DNA of 63,994 bases, filler included, from Sphacelaria rigidula (Eukaryota), in assembly GCA_964200075.2 (NCBI GenBank). It is 4 parts of 4 records of this genome, joined end to end, with 100 filler letters (N's around TTAATTAATTAA, not from the genome) between each part and the next. Parts side by side here need not be neighbours in the genome. Positions count along the whole stretch, not along the records: positions 32,214 to 48,218 come from CAXNAA020001524.1; positions 48,319 to 63,994 come from CAXNAA020001648.1; 2 more parts are not named here. The stretch is one strand, 5' to 3'. Both the position numbers and the translations under genes were made by a program. The first letter of the stretch is position 1. Every line of letters starts with the position of its first letter. Below are positions 37,774-49,959 of the stretch, in pieces. The notes under the pieces were generated by a model. The model did no database searches and had not been told where the DNA came from. It saw nothing but the letters and a program-made list of their open reading frames with translations.

Positions 37774-39542
37774 GTGAGTGAGATAGGGCGCTACCGTCAG
37801 CGAGTAGTCATACCAAAGTAGTGTGCTCGGTCGGTTCCGGTGGCAACTGCCCCGTCGATTCTGTGATCCATCTTCACCTCAGAGATGTTGCTTGACGCCA
37901 TGGTTGCCGACAGGGTGCGTGGCAGGTCCTGAGTCTGCGAGCTAATAGGGCGCACGATGTTGTTACTTAGGTCACTCACGTGGCATGCCACACAAAGTAA
38001 CCGAAAAATTGCGCTCACCACGGACGGTTTTTCATTGTGCGAGGGATGGGTGGGTGTGGTGGTTTTCCGCCTTCATACTGTAACCGAATGATCAGAGATT
38101 TTTTAGGCACATTTCGTTGGCTTTGTGCCCAAACGCTCCTCGAAAACGTTTCCCAAAGAAGTGCAGGTAAGCAGCCCGGGAGGTGAGGGACACGGGGTGC
38201 CAGTGTTGATTATGGGTCCCTTGGTATGAGCTCGAAAATTAAGGTTCAAGATGTGACCGTGTTTTCGTTCTTTGGTGAGGCGAACACATCCGGTTAAGTT
38301 GTTTTCCGGTGGAGCGAACAACACATACGCAAAAGAAGACACACTTCAGGTTATGGAGCAATCAAGCACGAGCCCGCGATGACTAAGTCCGACTTTGCTG
38401 GAACGGTCTCTTCCCTGGCAACAGTGCATGCATGCTGGGGAAATATTTGGCAAGTCGGGATTGGAAGAGTGCATAGGAGTTGTGTTGCGGCTGATAATTG
38501 TGGTTGGCAGGATCGCTGTTGGGTCGGGTAAGATGAGCTAAACAGTGGGCGGCTACGTGTTGCTATCGCAAAACATTGAATATACACAAATGCTCCCTGC
38601 ACCAATGCAGTAGCCCAAGGCTTGCCCATTCCTATCAGCGATCGCCAGGCTTGCTTTTTTTGTACCACCTCGTTTGGTATATCAGAAGCTACGAAACCTT
38701 GCGTGAGTTTGTAACGGAACGGAAGTAGATATTTTTTTTGCTGTTGCCTCATTACTTTTATTGTGTGTCGACTGTACTGGTTTTGGCTGTAGATAGAACG
38801 GCAAATATTGCAAACTACACTTCTTGAAGTCCACACTACTGTACAGTTGACACAGATGACATCTCTTCGTGCTGATGTATTGCAGAAACGTGTTAGCCAA
38901 CCTCCCAAATCTTTTTGGAGGTAGAGAGCTGGGCACGCTGCCAGCGGTAGCATACCTACGATGCAGTCTGGTGGAGATTGTTGCTTGTAATTGCTTCGAG
39001 TGTTGGTGTGGGCAGCTAGGTGTAGACACGCTTCGGCAGCGATGGACCGGTTTGTCTATAGATGAAAGGAGTTTCATATACTGGCTTCAAGCCACAAAAA
39101 CAAAACGTACCATACTGCATTTTTATCATCATCTGTAATTTGAATCGGACATGCCGAACAGGAAAAAAGGGTGTCCTCATTCGCCAGTACCTCACTGGAT
39201 CGGCAGCAGGGAGGGTTTTATATGTCACGCACCGAGCCGGATCTTTATATCACAACTATTTCATTGTCCAGGTCGAGGAAATAAATATTCATTCTTCGTG
39301 TCAAAAACTGCATGTGGCTGTTCCATGTTGTCACTCTAATTTTCATAGCATCGTTCGGAGTTGCGGCGTTCAGCGACGGAGGTATTAAAGCGCTGTTTTC
39401 CTAGACTTGTGCAGTAGTCGAAACCATATCTGTCTGGCGCCAGTCGCGCGGTTTGTGTCCAGTCTTCACGCTGTACTGTGATTGCACCTACTCCAAATGC
39501 TTCCCCTTGTGGTGTATTCTTTGGCCTGTGTTCCCACTGCAG

Positions 39543-39821
39543 CAACTGCGCTCACGATCTTCTTGCCGTACAGCGCGCCCTTCGAGTTGCGCTCTGTACT
39601 CAACCTGGGTCTGTAGGGGTCGATATGGAGGATAACAGCGCCGCCTCCCTTCCGCCCGGATTGGGCAATCGTAGAGCCGACGCATGTCTCTTGATGGGGC
39701 ATCTTGTGGAGCTAGGTGTGCCGGGTTGGAAGGAGGCAAAGGCGGCGATGAATCCTCCGCCGCATGCGCTTATTGAGGCTGCCGAACCACCGGCGGGGAA
39801 GGACAACGGTCGGAATTCCAG
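39543..39821 (+). CDS. Gene B exon (probable GC donor)
   Basis: Acceptor ttcccactgcag|C (phase 2). Donor CCAG|gcaaac gives the phase 2 needed by the next exon. Confidence 0.7.
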
Positions 39822-40284
39822 GCAAACAATTTTCGATTTGATGCCGTGTGTTTACTGTATTATCGATGGTACGCGAGAAACCGCATGCTTGGGGTGCAGG
39901 TTACCTTCACGCAGGTGTATTTATTTGAACGCATTGAGCTTCATGGGACGCGTTGTGTGTCAAAAGCTACTGTACCCAGGTGACTGAAAACCGGGTGTAC
40001 GCCCCACTGAAGGTTTTCCTCGATTGCAGTTTATCATGTCATATTTGGAAATGTGTCAGCAATAGCGCCGTGTCTGCATGAAGGATCACGGGCTGTTTCG
40101 AAATCAGGGCATTGCATCGGGCGTGTTCAATATACCGACAGCCACGCGGTTCATTCGACCACTCTTCACTCACATGTCTGGGCGCAGTCAACGGCTCATA
40201 GGCCCTCTCTCATGACCCGTCGTTATTATGCCCGACCAGCCTCTCCGCCTGCTTGATACTTCACTCGTCCCTGTCGCGGAACAG

Positions 40285-40996
40285 GCATCGAATTTCGGCG
40301 CTGCGCTTAGAGCTGTGGCTTCGGACATTCCTGCGCGACTCACACGCCGATTGGTGCCATGGCACTGGCGCCTCCGGTGATTTTTCCGCGCCCGATGAAT
40401 ACGCCGCTGCTGGTGAATTGTTCGCGCTTCCAGATGTTTTTCGGACGGCGCAAACGTTAGCACGGGCTGTGTCGCGTCAGGCGTCTGCACTCATCATGGA
40501 AAGTGATCAGAACGGCGCCGGCGCTAGCGGGTGGGCAAACGGTTCAGTATCCAACGGCCATATCTCTACCGGTGCTGCCCCCTTCCACGCAAGCAACGGC
40601 GTTCGCCTCGATCCCTTGCAGCAGCGCGGGCCTGACCGCACGAACGTCCACACTGGCGACAGCAGTGCCCAAAACGATTGCCAGGACACATCCAGCTTCG
40701 AAGTACCCTTGATACCTCCGCGGCGATCGCTAATTGCAAGACTGCGGGGGTTGCCGACGGAAGCGGCCCTCGGAAACTGGGTATCTAGCATTGTGAACAC
40801 TGCAGCGCGCTACAGGCGGTGGCTGCCGTGGCAGGCGTTCTCCAATGAGCTGCGGCAGCTACTTCTGCTTCTTACAGAGAAGCCACTGCCGATGGATGCC
40901 GCCGGTGGAGACGGTCGTGCCGTATGCGGTCAGGTGGCGATCGTGGCTGCTATATTCGCCGTGTGTGAGCTTTTGTTGGCTTGGGATGCGGGACAG
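40285..40996 (+). CDS. Gene B exon
   Basis: Acceptor gtcgcggaacag|G (phase 2), donor GGACAG|gtaagg (phase 0), within ORF 40253..41056. Confidence 0.85.
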
Positions 40997-41629
40997 GTAA
41001 GGAAAGTTCTGCTTCAGTCATACTTCTCTTTTTCCACAAGTGTGCCAACTCCGTGATTATTGTGCGTCGCTTGAGTATCCCCGGATTTCCGTGTATTTGT
41101 GGTTGGAATACTGCTTTCTCGGGGATCTGAACCCGAAGGGCCCGGATCCAACAGTTGACTTTGAGTATTATCGAATATATACGTCGTGACTGTAGCACGA
41201 GGCTGAAAAAAAACATGATGCGCAATGGGCTGGGGGTTTCACAATATGTAAAAGAACGCCAAAATTGTGGCTGTTATTGGTCAAGCTCATTTTCCAACGG
41301 CGTGTGGCTCATTAGTTACTGTCAGTCCAGTGTATGAACCAAGATTCCAAGGTTCAACAGAAGCATGTGTTGACTCCTTCTGCAAGTAGTACAAACAATT
41401 ACCAAAAATCGGAGATATTCAAGTGCCCTCGTGATTGTAAGGTTAGTATATTTCATATCGTATTTAGGGAGGCTCGGTTGTAGTAAACTCTAACCCGAAA
41501 CATGGTCTTGTTACAGGGGTCACAAATCGTCGTAACGCGTGCACCCTTCACGCCCAGTGTAGTAGCAATCGAGTGCTATGACAACCTGTTCGCACTTTGG
41601 TGTTTTTTTCCTTTTGACCGCTGTTTCAG

Positions 41630-43804
41630 GAGATTTCCGCGGCTGTCTTTGAGCCCGCATTATGTTCCACCGTGCTAAATACCGCCTTGGCTCCGGTAGC
41701 ACCAGGCTGCAGTCCACCAGTTTGGCTAGACGTCCTCCGCTGCCTTTTGGATGTCAAGAAGCGGGGGCTCTTATCCCGGGCAGTAGCACTGCATAGCGTT
41801 GCGAGCACACAGCAAGACTCCTTCACGCTGGCCGCCGCAGCGTCGGTATGGATAGGTGGGGGAGGGCCGGACGGCCTGGAGGATGAGAACGGTGAACGCA
41901 GCACCCGCCAGGCCTGGATACGGTGGTATGACGCTGAACTTGGAGGTCTCATTCCGACTGCTGGTACTCGGTCAGGAAGATGGCTGGTTCTCTCGACCAG
42001 CGCTGGGGAAGATGGTGTGGAACTGGTCAACGTCCGTGCGGGAGAAGGGTGGCCCGCAAGAACTCTTACAGATGTAACTTGGGAAAATAGAGGCAGAAGT
42101 CCGCTGGAGGCCGCGTGGAACGTGCCGGCGGGACAATCTACAGGAAGCACTGGGGGCTCAAGGTTAGCGACCATTGTGTTGCCTCCTTTTGCTGCGTGGT
42201 TGCGTGTGGTGTTACGAGGAGATGGCCAGCGTTGCAGTGAGACCGAACTCGATGGTTATCTCCGACGGATGGCCCGGGAAGTGTATTTACCGTGCGAGTT
42301 CGGCGGTGCGTCGAATGAGATGGCACGGCAATGGCTCGCAGCCCTCATCGAGGCCGAGGCTGTAGCAGAGGCGAACACCCCCATAGATTTGACGACTGCG
42401 TCAGGGGCGTGTGGCGGAGGGTGGGCGAGGCAGGGTGACGTCCCGGACAGCGCCGCAATCCGTAGGGCTGCTGTGACTGCGTTCTTTCGCGCCGAGCTGT
42501 TGAAATTCGGCAGCGGCGACGACGCGCCGGTTGCGCCCGTTGGGGGGCCTCTGAGTTGGCTTTGGCCACTAGAAGCCGTCGTAGCCGCGTGCGGTAGAGC
42601 GGGTCCTTTGGGTGGTGGTTTTTTTCGTCCGTACTTATATGCCAAGATCGGTGTCGAAGAGGGTCGTGGTGTAGATCCACTCTCCTTGAATGATCCGCCG
42701 TCCGCCCTCGCTCGTGCTCTCAGCTCAGTACCATATGACTTGCTATGCGGGTCGAGGCGGTTCGGCGCAGGCGGTGAACGGCCATCGCCTGCTACCGTGC
42801 GAGCGTTTGCCACGCGTGCCGTGGATCTCGCCGCGCGAGCGCTTGCCGCTCCCTCGTGTCGCCAGTGGTCTGTTGCCCGACGCTTGCTGCTGGGGCTAGG
42901 ACTCCTGTATCATGCCTTGGCGACCCCCGAACCACGGGCCGCCGCCCGTGCTGCCTTATCAGGACCAACCTCGACTGAGCCAGCAGCAATAGCAGTGCCC
43001 AGAACAGGGAGTAAAGCCCGCTATGCCTTGGATGCTGAGGAGGCCGCCACCGCCAGGTCTGCCGCTCTCAACACCATCGAGTCTCTCCTGAGAATCGCGT
43101 TTGGAATGGATCGCGCTGCGGTGGACGAGCGGGCGTCGGCTAGTGCCGTGAGCGGCTGGCAGGCACGTCCTGCCAGTCTTCCTTTGTCGAAGCCGGGCAC
43201 TTCGACTCTTCCAACAGCTTGTAGATCTCTACGCCCCCTCGAGATTGGTGGTGGCAGTGGCTGGAAACACTTCTTGAAAGCGCTTCGTGGTTCTGGGGCA
43301 TGGCGCACGGCGGCCACCTTAAGTAAGCCCTTGAATGTGGAAGTCATCAACGCGCCCCCAAAGGTTCCGGCAGCGCAGCCTCTCACCACTGCTACTACCG
43401 CCAGTTTTCGATCTCGGCGTCAATCGCTGCCGACTAGGTGGAAAACGGATGATGCAGAAAGGGAGATCAAGCGATCGGCTCTGCCACCTGCTACTCACGA
43501 CGATTCAGGATTTCACATCGAGACTTCGGAAAAAAACACCGGTGCCTCAACAGCAAAACCAGGATCGCCCACAACATGTTGGACTCCAAGCCAGGCCGAC
43601 CGTAAGCATCAGCGTAGCAAGGGGCAGGACGACGGAGATACTTCACCATCTTTCACACCGGTACCGCTGTCAAGTCACGAGCAGGGGCGAAATCTTCAAT
43701 TTCGAGCCCCGAAAGACGATCAACCTGTAACGGCGTACAACACGCCATCGACTCCTCGGAGGTCGTTGCGCTCCACCAGGAGGACTCCTAAGGCTGTAGA
43801 GTAG
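41630..43804 (+). CDS. Gene B terminal exon; large hypothetical protein
   Basis: Polypyrimidine tract and acceptor ctgtttcag|GAG (phase 0), in frame with the 710-aa ORF that ends at TAG 43804. Confidence 0.88.
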   Translation, partial: EISAAVFEPALCSTVLNTALAPVAPGCSPPVWLDVLRCLLDVKKRGLLSRAVALHSVASTQQDSFTLAAAASVWIGGGGPDGLEDENGERSTRQAWIRWYDAELGGLIPTAGTRSGRWLVLSTSAGEDGVELVNVRAGEGWPARTLTDVTWENRGRSPLEAAWNVPAGQSTGSTGGSRLATIVLPPFAAWLRVVLRGDGQRCSETELDGYLRRMAREVYLPCEFGGASNEMARQWLAALIEAEAVAEANTPIDLTTASGACGGGWARQGDVPDSAAIRRAAVTAFFRAELLKFGSGDDAPVAPVGGPLSWLWPLEAVVAACGRAGPLGGGFFRPYLYAKIGVEEGRGVDPLSLNDPPSALARALSSVPYDLLCGSRRFGAGGERPSPATVRAFATRAVDLAARALAAPSCRQWSVARRLLLGLGLLYHALATPEPRAAARAALSGPTSTEPAAIAVPRTGSKARYALDAEEAATARSAALNTIESLLRIAFGMDRAAVDERASASAVSGWQARPASLPLSKPGTSTLPTACRSLRPLEIGGGSGWKHFLKALRGSGAWRTAATLSKPLNVEVINAPPKVPAAQPLTTATTASFRSRRQSLPTRWKTDDAEREIKRSALPPATHDDSGFHIETSEKNTGASTAKPGSPTTCWTPSQADRKHQRSKGQDDGDTSPSFTPVPLSSHEQGRNLQFRAPKDDQPVTAYNTPSTPRRSLRSTRRTPKAVE

Positions 43805-44613
43805 CATGCCGACGGTGACACTACCGTATTTGTTCATGTCGATTATGTGTTTGTGATTCTTGTGCAGTTTATAATCAAGTGTTGCCGTTGACTACGTCTT
43901 CATAGGTGTACTTGTACAATTCCTCGGTGGAGTCATGGGGGGTATGACGGTTTGTTCTTAACTATCCCATTCACTTTCGTCCTGTGCATCTTGCGCCTTG
44001 TTCAGGTACTGATGTGGTGGCGGTTGTAATTTTCTCACACTTTTTTCTTCATTAGTGTCACTCGCACTCCCCGTGCTCTGTGCTTGTGGTGATGGGTGGT
44101 GGAAGTCATCATCTGCACGTTGTATTATTTTTCCATTGTAACGATAGGGTTGGGTGATGTAGGCACAGAATTTTGTGTTTTCGGGGATTCCCGTGCGACA
44201 CCTGTATACAGGTACATGTGCAGTCGATCTGTGTGCTCAGTGTAGTAGCTGCACGACTGTATACACTCGATCATATAAACAGCGGCAAAGAACGACCAAG
44301 AGTAGCGCGTGAAAAACTGGGTGCGTGTGCGGCGTTTACACTCATTGTTGCAGAAGGTCATCTAGAGAAAGGTTAGTGTAGATCTCACTGCTCGGGTGTC
44401 CTTGCGCATAAATCGGCCATGTCGTGCCAAGGCACGTAGGGCTGTACAATTGAAACACTGCAATAGTCCGAGACAGAAAATTGTACATGCACGTGGAGTG
44501 CACCCTACGAAACACATGCATTTCTGCACACGGGAGGGTTCAATACAAAATCACGGCAAGTAATATCACTTGGCTTTGCTCGTCTCCGACCCCTTGAGCG
44601 TCTATTGCCCCGC

Positions 44614-47076
44614 TTACTCGCTACAAATGTTGAAGTCCGGGATGCCAAATCTTAGTAATTGAAGCCTGAAAGAGGACAACATCTCCGAATATTCATTGCT
44701 CAGCAACAACAGCGACGCTTTTAGGTAATGCGAAATAATCACTGTCAAGGCTAACCTTTGCATGTTGCCTAGTCTAACCGCATATCCTCTCTGCTTCACC
44801 ATTTTTAATGGCGCCAACTGGGCACGAAATAATACCAGTATCACTTGCACAACGAAGTCGAACCTCGTGACCATCGTGGCAGGAGCCCCAGGTCGCACCC
44901 CTAGGGAATTCAGGCCGTTTCACGTTCAAAAAAAACAACGGCTAATAGCACAACATGCCACCAAGCTTGTTCACCAAGTTTGAATATGCTACACATCCTT
45001 CTTACGGGTCCCACAACGATCACTTTCTGGAAAATGTCCAGGGTTTTTTTACACTCGTGATGACTATGTGTAGTATCGACCCGAAAAACCGAGTGCACTG
45101 AAAAGGAAAGTCTGGTGGAGAACAGAAGGATCAGTTTGACGCTGGAGGGGCTCCCCCTTCTCGCAGAAGCAACAAGTCCAAGCCTGGATCATTCCACTTC
45201 AACTCCTCCTGCGCGGCTGCCTCGATCGATTCCCCCAAGTCTACCTCCCCGTCATCTACGACCACGTCATGTCCTTCAGGCAAATCTATCTCTGTCGTAT
45301 GTAGGAAGAGAGGATTGGAGCAGATGCGGACAGGGGGAAGGATGTGAACGGCGTTTTCGTTATTCAACGTGGACGACCAGACAGTTTCAAATGAACTGTT
45401 TGCAGCCTGTGACATGAACGACCAGAGGCGCATTTCGTTGGCTTGCCGTTGGTGTGGAGAATGACGCATAATCAAATCAACCACCCACTCGAACCGAAGC
45501 ATGCAGTCAGTGCGCTTCATATCCCGTATCGGTCACAGTACTACAGCAGCGCAGTACAGCACTTCATCGTTGAGTACAACGCAGTCCAACACATGCTTAT
45601 CTGACCTACCGACGGCCTTGAGAACTGCCCTTGAAGGTTCCTCAGTGTGGTCGAAAAGGTTGGCGCTGGTGGCAACTAGGCCAAGCGAACAGACACACTA
45701 CGCTAGGAATGTAGGCAGATGAAGGTGGTGAAGATGCCACTTGCGGGCAAGACAGTCCGGAACGAAGCCTACAGGGCAGTACAGTCCATAGAGGAGAGTA
45801 AGAGAGAGGTGACTCCCCAATACGCCCCACATCAGACCGAAATGTCGGGAGACAGTACCTGCGATCTACGATATTATCATAGGACGCCCCTGCTGGTCCC
45901 CTGATCTCACGGAGAACGATAGGTTACGAAGCATTGACTTCATGATCTCCAAAGCCTCATTTACCAACAGCCGGTAGATGTGATTCTCTCGCCCTCTCCA
46001 TATGTGATTGGTTGTGCATCAGCCGAAAAAAGAGCAACTACAAAATAAACCCCCTCTCGGCATGGTGTTACGAGAGCCCCAGGGCCAGAACGGTCGAGTT
46101 CGCCCTCTGGACAAGGTGTCATTTCACCACCACACAACCCGCTATCACCGTGTCTCCTCATTCCGCGGGTATGTGCTGAAACGAAAAAAGTGCGATCTAT
46201 GAACGTGCTGCAGCATATTAAATCTATTATCTTGGCACCATGTTCATGAGACAAATAGGCTCTCTCCACAACACCACATCAGCCTCAACACAGTATATAC
46301 TATGTAAAGCAGGGGGGTCTGACACTAACGTCGCCCACACCTGCCACGAATGACGTCACCTGTTTTGCGGCTGTGCCGACTGTCCCATGCGGTTTACTTA
46401 CTGCTATCTGCCGTGCGTATGCATGTTATTTCATCTTTTATAGCATGGCATTTGATCATTGGATGACCGACAGGCACATAAGAATGTTTTCGTGAGATTG
46501 GGAGCCATTTTTTCATTCCACGTGTGCTTTTTTTTGCCTCCATCACTGGCGTATGCTTACAGCTGCGCGTCGATATCCTCCTCAAAGATAGCAAGGGCCT
46601 CAGTGACAAGCTACTACAGAAAGCGTATCGGGCCTCGTGGAGGAGCATTTCGGAACTGAAACGATTCATTCACTAATTGGCCGCTTTTCACTATCAACCG
46701 TATCCTCTACTCTCAATCTCATGAAAACATTATATTCTATCTAGATCCCCGTTCCATAAATTGTCACAAGGGCGTAACACCCGAAAATTAATTCATTACT
46801 TCTCTCTAAACCACTTCGCTCTCTCTCAGTCTAGGGCGTCAAAAGAATCACAAAGCCCAAACTTACGCGGCGCAATGCAATCAGTTTTTGATTGCTTACC
46901 TGTGAGATGATAACACTACCGCGCGCCGGCGGAGACAGCACGGTTAATAACAGCGTATCCCAAATGTCCAAACGTACTGTAGACAAAACTTTGTTTTTTA
47001 ATCTCGCTTCGAAGTTCAGAGAAGTCAACATGCCAAGCCTCCTCCACGGTTGGTGTACAGTCAGTATTCTGGACAT
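44614..47076 (-). mobile_element. Possible highly decayed hAT transposase fragments
   Basis: Weak resemblances only: VRLDIWD...SPPARGSVI (first Asp region), SQAANSSFETVWS (hATC-like), RPGAPATMVTRF. The order does not fit a single intact copy. Confidence 0.25.
46486..46730 (+). repeat. Dispersed repeat, homologous to 54376-54667
   Basis: Shared TTTTCGTGAGATTG, ATCACTGGCGT-TGCTTACAGCT, CAAGCTACTACAGAAAG and CCTCGTGGAGGA. Confidence 0.85.
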
Positions 47077-47440
47077 TTTTACCTGGTTTCGTTCGTTGTA
47101 GGTAGTGCGCTAACAATGGCACAACTCTACTGCATAGGAGGCCGTCGCCACGGCCGGTAGTGCTGCAGCAGGTTCAATATTTTCAAGTTCCGTTTTGCCG
47201 GATCTAGACTTCCTGCAGATGGTTTTCCCCCGCGACCATCGCGAACTTCAGTGTGCTAGCATGAAAGCCCCGATACCGAGACTCGACGAGAGTAGAACTC
47301 GCTGAGAGCGGAGATACAAGAGGCTACTTAAGCCGGACGGGAGGCCAACATCTTATATCCTGGATCGTGATTCATGGCAGGTAATTCAGTCAGCAAACGT
47401 TGCCTGCATAAGAGAAATCATTGTGCGTATGGTTCGTCCC

Positions 47441-47822
47441 GTACGAATCGAGGTTGGGGAGACAAATGATTTGATTCATGTTGTACGACTCAAGGGTGCG
47501 CGAAAATGTATGCCATACGCATGCTGCACGAATCTCGAGGGGAGGTTATGCCTAAATTATTCCTTTTGTACGAATCAAGAGTAGGGGAAATGTTGGAAAG
47601 AGCTGTCCCGCGCGAATCAAGAAAGGGTGAAGGGTGAAAAAATGGGAAGAATCGTCGCTCGCGAATCAAGGTTGGTGAAAGTTTTAGAAAGAGTCTCACC
47701 GCACGAAACAAGGGTGAGAAAGTGTTGACAAGATTCGTACCATACGAATCAAGGACTGGGGAAAATGTTGAAACTAGTCGTACTACACGAATCCCGAGTT
47801 GAAAACATGTACGAATCACAGG
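47441..47822. repeat. Diverged ~42-bp tandem array with conserved core RYRCGAATCAAG
   Basis: Core at 47441, 47483, 47526, 47568, 47610, 47659, 47701, 47742, 47785 and 47809. Confidence 0.85.
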
Positions 47823-48218
47823 TTTTCAAAGAATCGCTTCAATCTCTCGTGCAGAAGATGAAAACATTATTTGATTCGTTTCATGTGTAGAAGACTCGAG
47901 ACGTGAGAGGACATTTCATCCCGTCTACCGCCCTCGACAGACCACAAAGTATATACATATAACCCCAACCCTAATATATATATATATATATACCCTGGTG
48001 ATGGTGTTTGTGCACACTTCGTCACGGAACGAGGACCTAGTGCTATGGCCATCCCCACTCATGGAATGCAATTTGAAGCTCACAACAAAATCCTTCCGCA
48101 GCACGCCGTGCTCGCCCGTGTTGACGCGATGTCCGGTAGTTGTGTGTAGTTGTGATTTGTGAATGTCGTGTTGGGGGGGGGGGGGGGGGCTTATTTAGTT
48201 TTTTACCTAGCCGTTTAA

Positions 48219-48318
48219 NNNNNNNNNNNNNNNNNNNNNNNNNNNNNNNNNNNNNNNNNNNNTTAATTAATTAANNNNNNNNNNNNNNNNNNNNNNNNNN
48301 NNNNNNNNNNNNNNNNNN
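48219..48318. other. Artificial contig-join spacer
   Basis: 44 N + TTAATTAATTAA + 44 N. Confidence 0.97.
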
Positions 48319-48319
48319 C

Positions 48320-48374
<55 letters not shown>
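48319..48374 (+). repeat. (CAA)n microsatellite, probably an RTE LINE tail whose body lies in the gap
   Basis: Pure CAA repeat, the same unit as the tail at 54290-54321. Confidence 0.9.
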
Positions 48375-48375
<1 letters not shown>

Positions 48376-48749
48376 GGTATGAGCACAGGTATTTACCTTG
48401 GGGAGGTACGGATATAGGTTCAATCTAAAAACAACCCCATGACCTGGGCATGTATCTCCCATCGATCAACCCATCCAAGTCCTTAATTCATCAAAACTGC
48501 ACACCAACAATTCAATGTTGAAATGTTCTTTAGTTTGGGATCTGACGGGATACGAGGTACCGCTGAGTGGAAACACGAAACATGTGCAGCCCTGCAAACC
48601 ATCAGGATGGATCATCCCTAGACTCGAGTGGTGGCTCCAGCAGGGGTAGTTCATCTGCGCCATCAGAGAATTATGTAGCAAGACGCACGCCATCGACGCT
48701 GACCGTGGTTGTGGCGACGTAGGTCCCACGACAGGGGTGATGATGATAC

Positions 48750-49247
48750 CAAGGTCGTATTTTGTAGGGCACGGTTTCCTCTCTACACGGGGTATTTTGC
48801 CGAGTATTTACCGTACCCGATAGTTCTGTAAACTCTGTAAGGTGTCCATACCGGTATCCGACAGTTCTTCTGTGATCTCTGTAAGACCCTCACACCCGTA
48901 CCTGATAGTTCCTCGAGTTCTGTAAGCCTCCCTTACCGTTACCGGGAGACACGGGTATGCTCTTGACAAGAGACCCGGTTACGGGTACGGTTTTTTGTGC
49001 ACCCTCCATACCTACCCGACAGTTTCTGTGAGCTCTGTGAGCCTCCCATACCCCTACCCGACAGTTCTGTGAGTTCTGTACAAAACCTTTACCTAAACCC
49101 GAGGGACTGGTATGCCCTGAAAGAGTTACCCGATTGGTGGTACCTACTTTCTGTAAGCCTCCCATACCGTACCCGACCGTTCTGTAAGTTCTGTAAGGAA
49201 TCTCATACCCTACAGAACGTACCCGTACCTTACAGAACACAGCCTTG
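48750..49247. mobile_element. MITE-like element with internal ~35-40-bp tandem repeats
   Basis: Imperfect TIRs CAAGGTCGTATTTTGTAGGGCACGG / CCGTACCTTACAGAACACAGCCTTG, with many TACCCGA-AGTTCTGT-AG units. No clear TSD. Confidence 0.65.
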
Positions 49248-49959
49248 GATATTTGTATCCGCTCCACACTCCAAGAAGAAAACATCTGTACTCAATAATG
49301 AGAGACTTACGGGCTGACCGGTCATCGGGGGTCCTGCTACGTTTCAGCCCAGATTTTTACTTATCGGTATTTTCGGTCGATCGAGCCTGTCCCGGTCTTA
49401 TTTGGGGGAAAATGTACAGCTTTCTTGCTTCGGAATTCTACCTACTTGTTGCACCATAGCCGAAAAACTGTGTTTCACCGCCAACAACATCCTCCTTATG
49501 AATGGGACATTTACTCGTATCGCACGAGAATATCATCTGACTCTGACTTGGGCACTGTTTTTCGAAGATGATCTGTTTATTGTAGAAAACTCTACCGACG
49601 CTAGAAATTTCGAGTTCTATCGGAGAGTAGCACGCGAGGAAAACCCCAAAACTCCCCTGAATACTTAGACCGCCCACTACTGTACGTGTTTTCAACGTTT
49701 GGGCAGTTTCCCATTCATTCCCCTCCTCCTGGCCTGCCCCCTGCCGGGGTTGGCCGAGGACAGCCAGTGATCTTACACCCCACACAAAGACTACCAAACG
49801 AATGACGGCGTAGCAGGGAAAGGCAGGAGACACAAGCCCGAGCATCGTGTACACGTTGACTCTAAGTTTAGGGTTATCGGAAATACAGGGGTCGTCAAAC
49901 ACAGTGCAGCTCATATCGCACTAATTTGTTTAGATATCACCCTCTTCCCCGAATGCCCA

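Noticed and set aside
38925..39106. Additional gene B exon (ELGTLPAVAYLRC...)
   Set aside because: The acceptor phase fits, but the GT donors I checked give phase 1, and the flanking exons already join in frame without it.
47441..47822. True CRISPR array
   Set aside because: The core is only ~12 bp and degenerate, the linkers are related to each other, there are no cas genes, and the context is eukaryotic.
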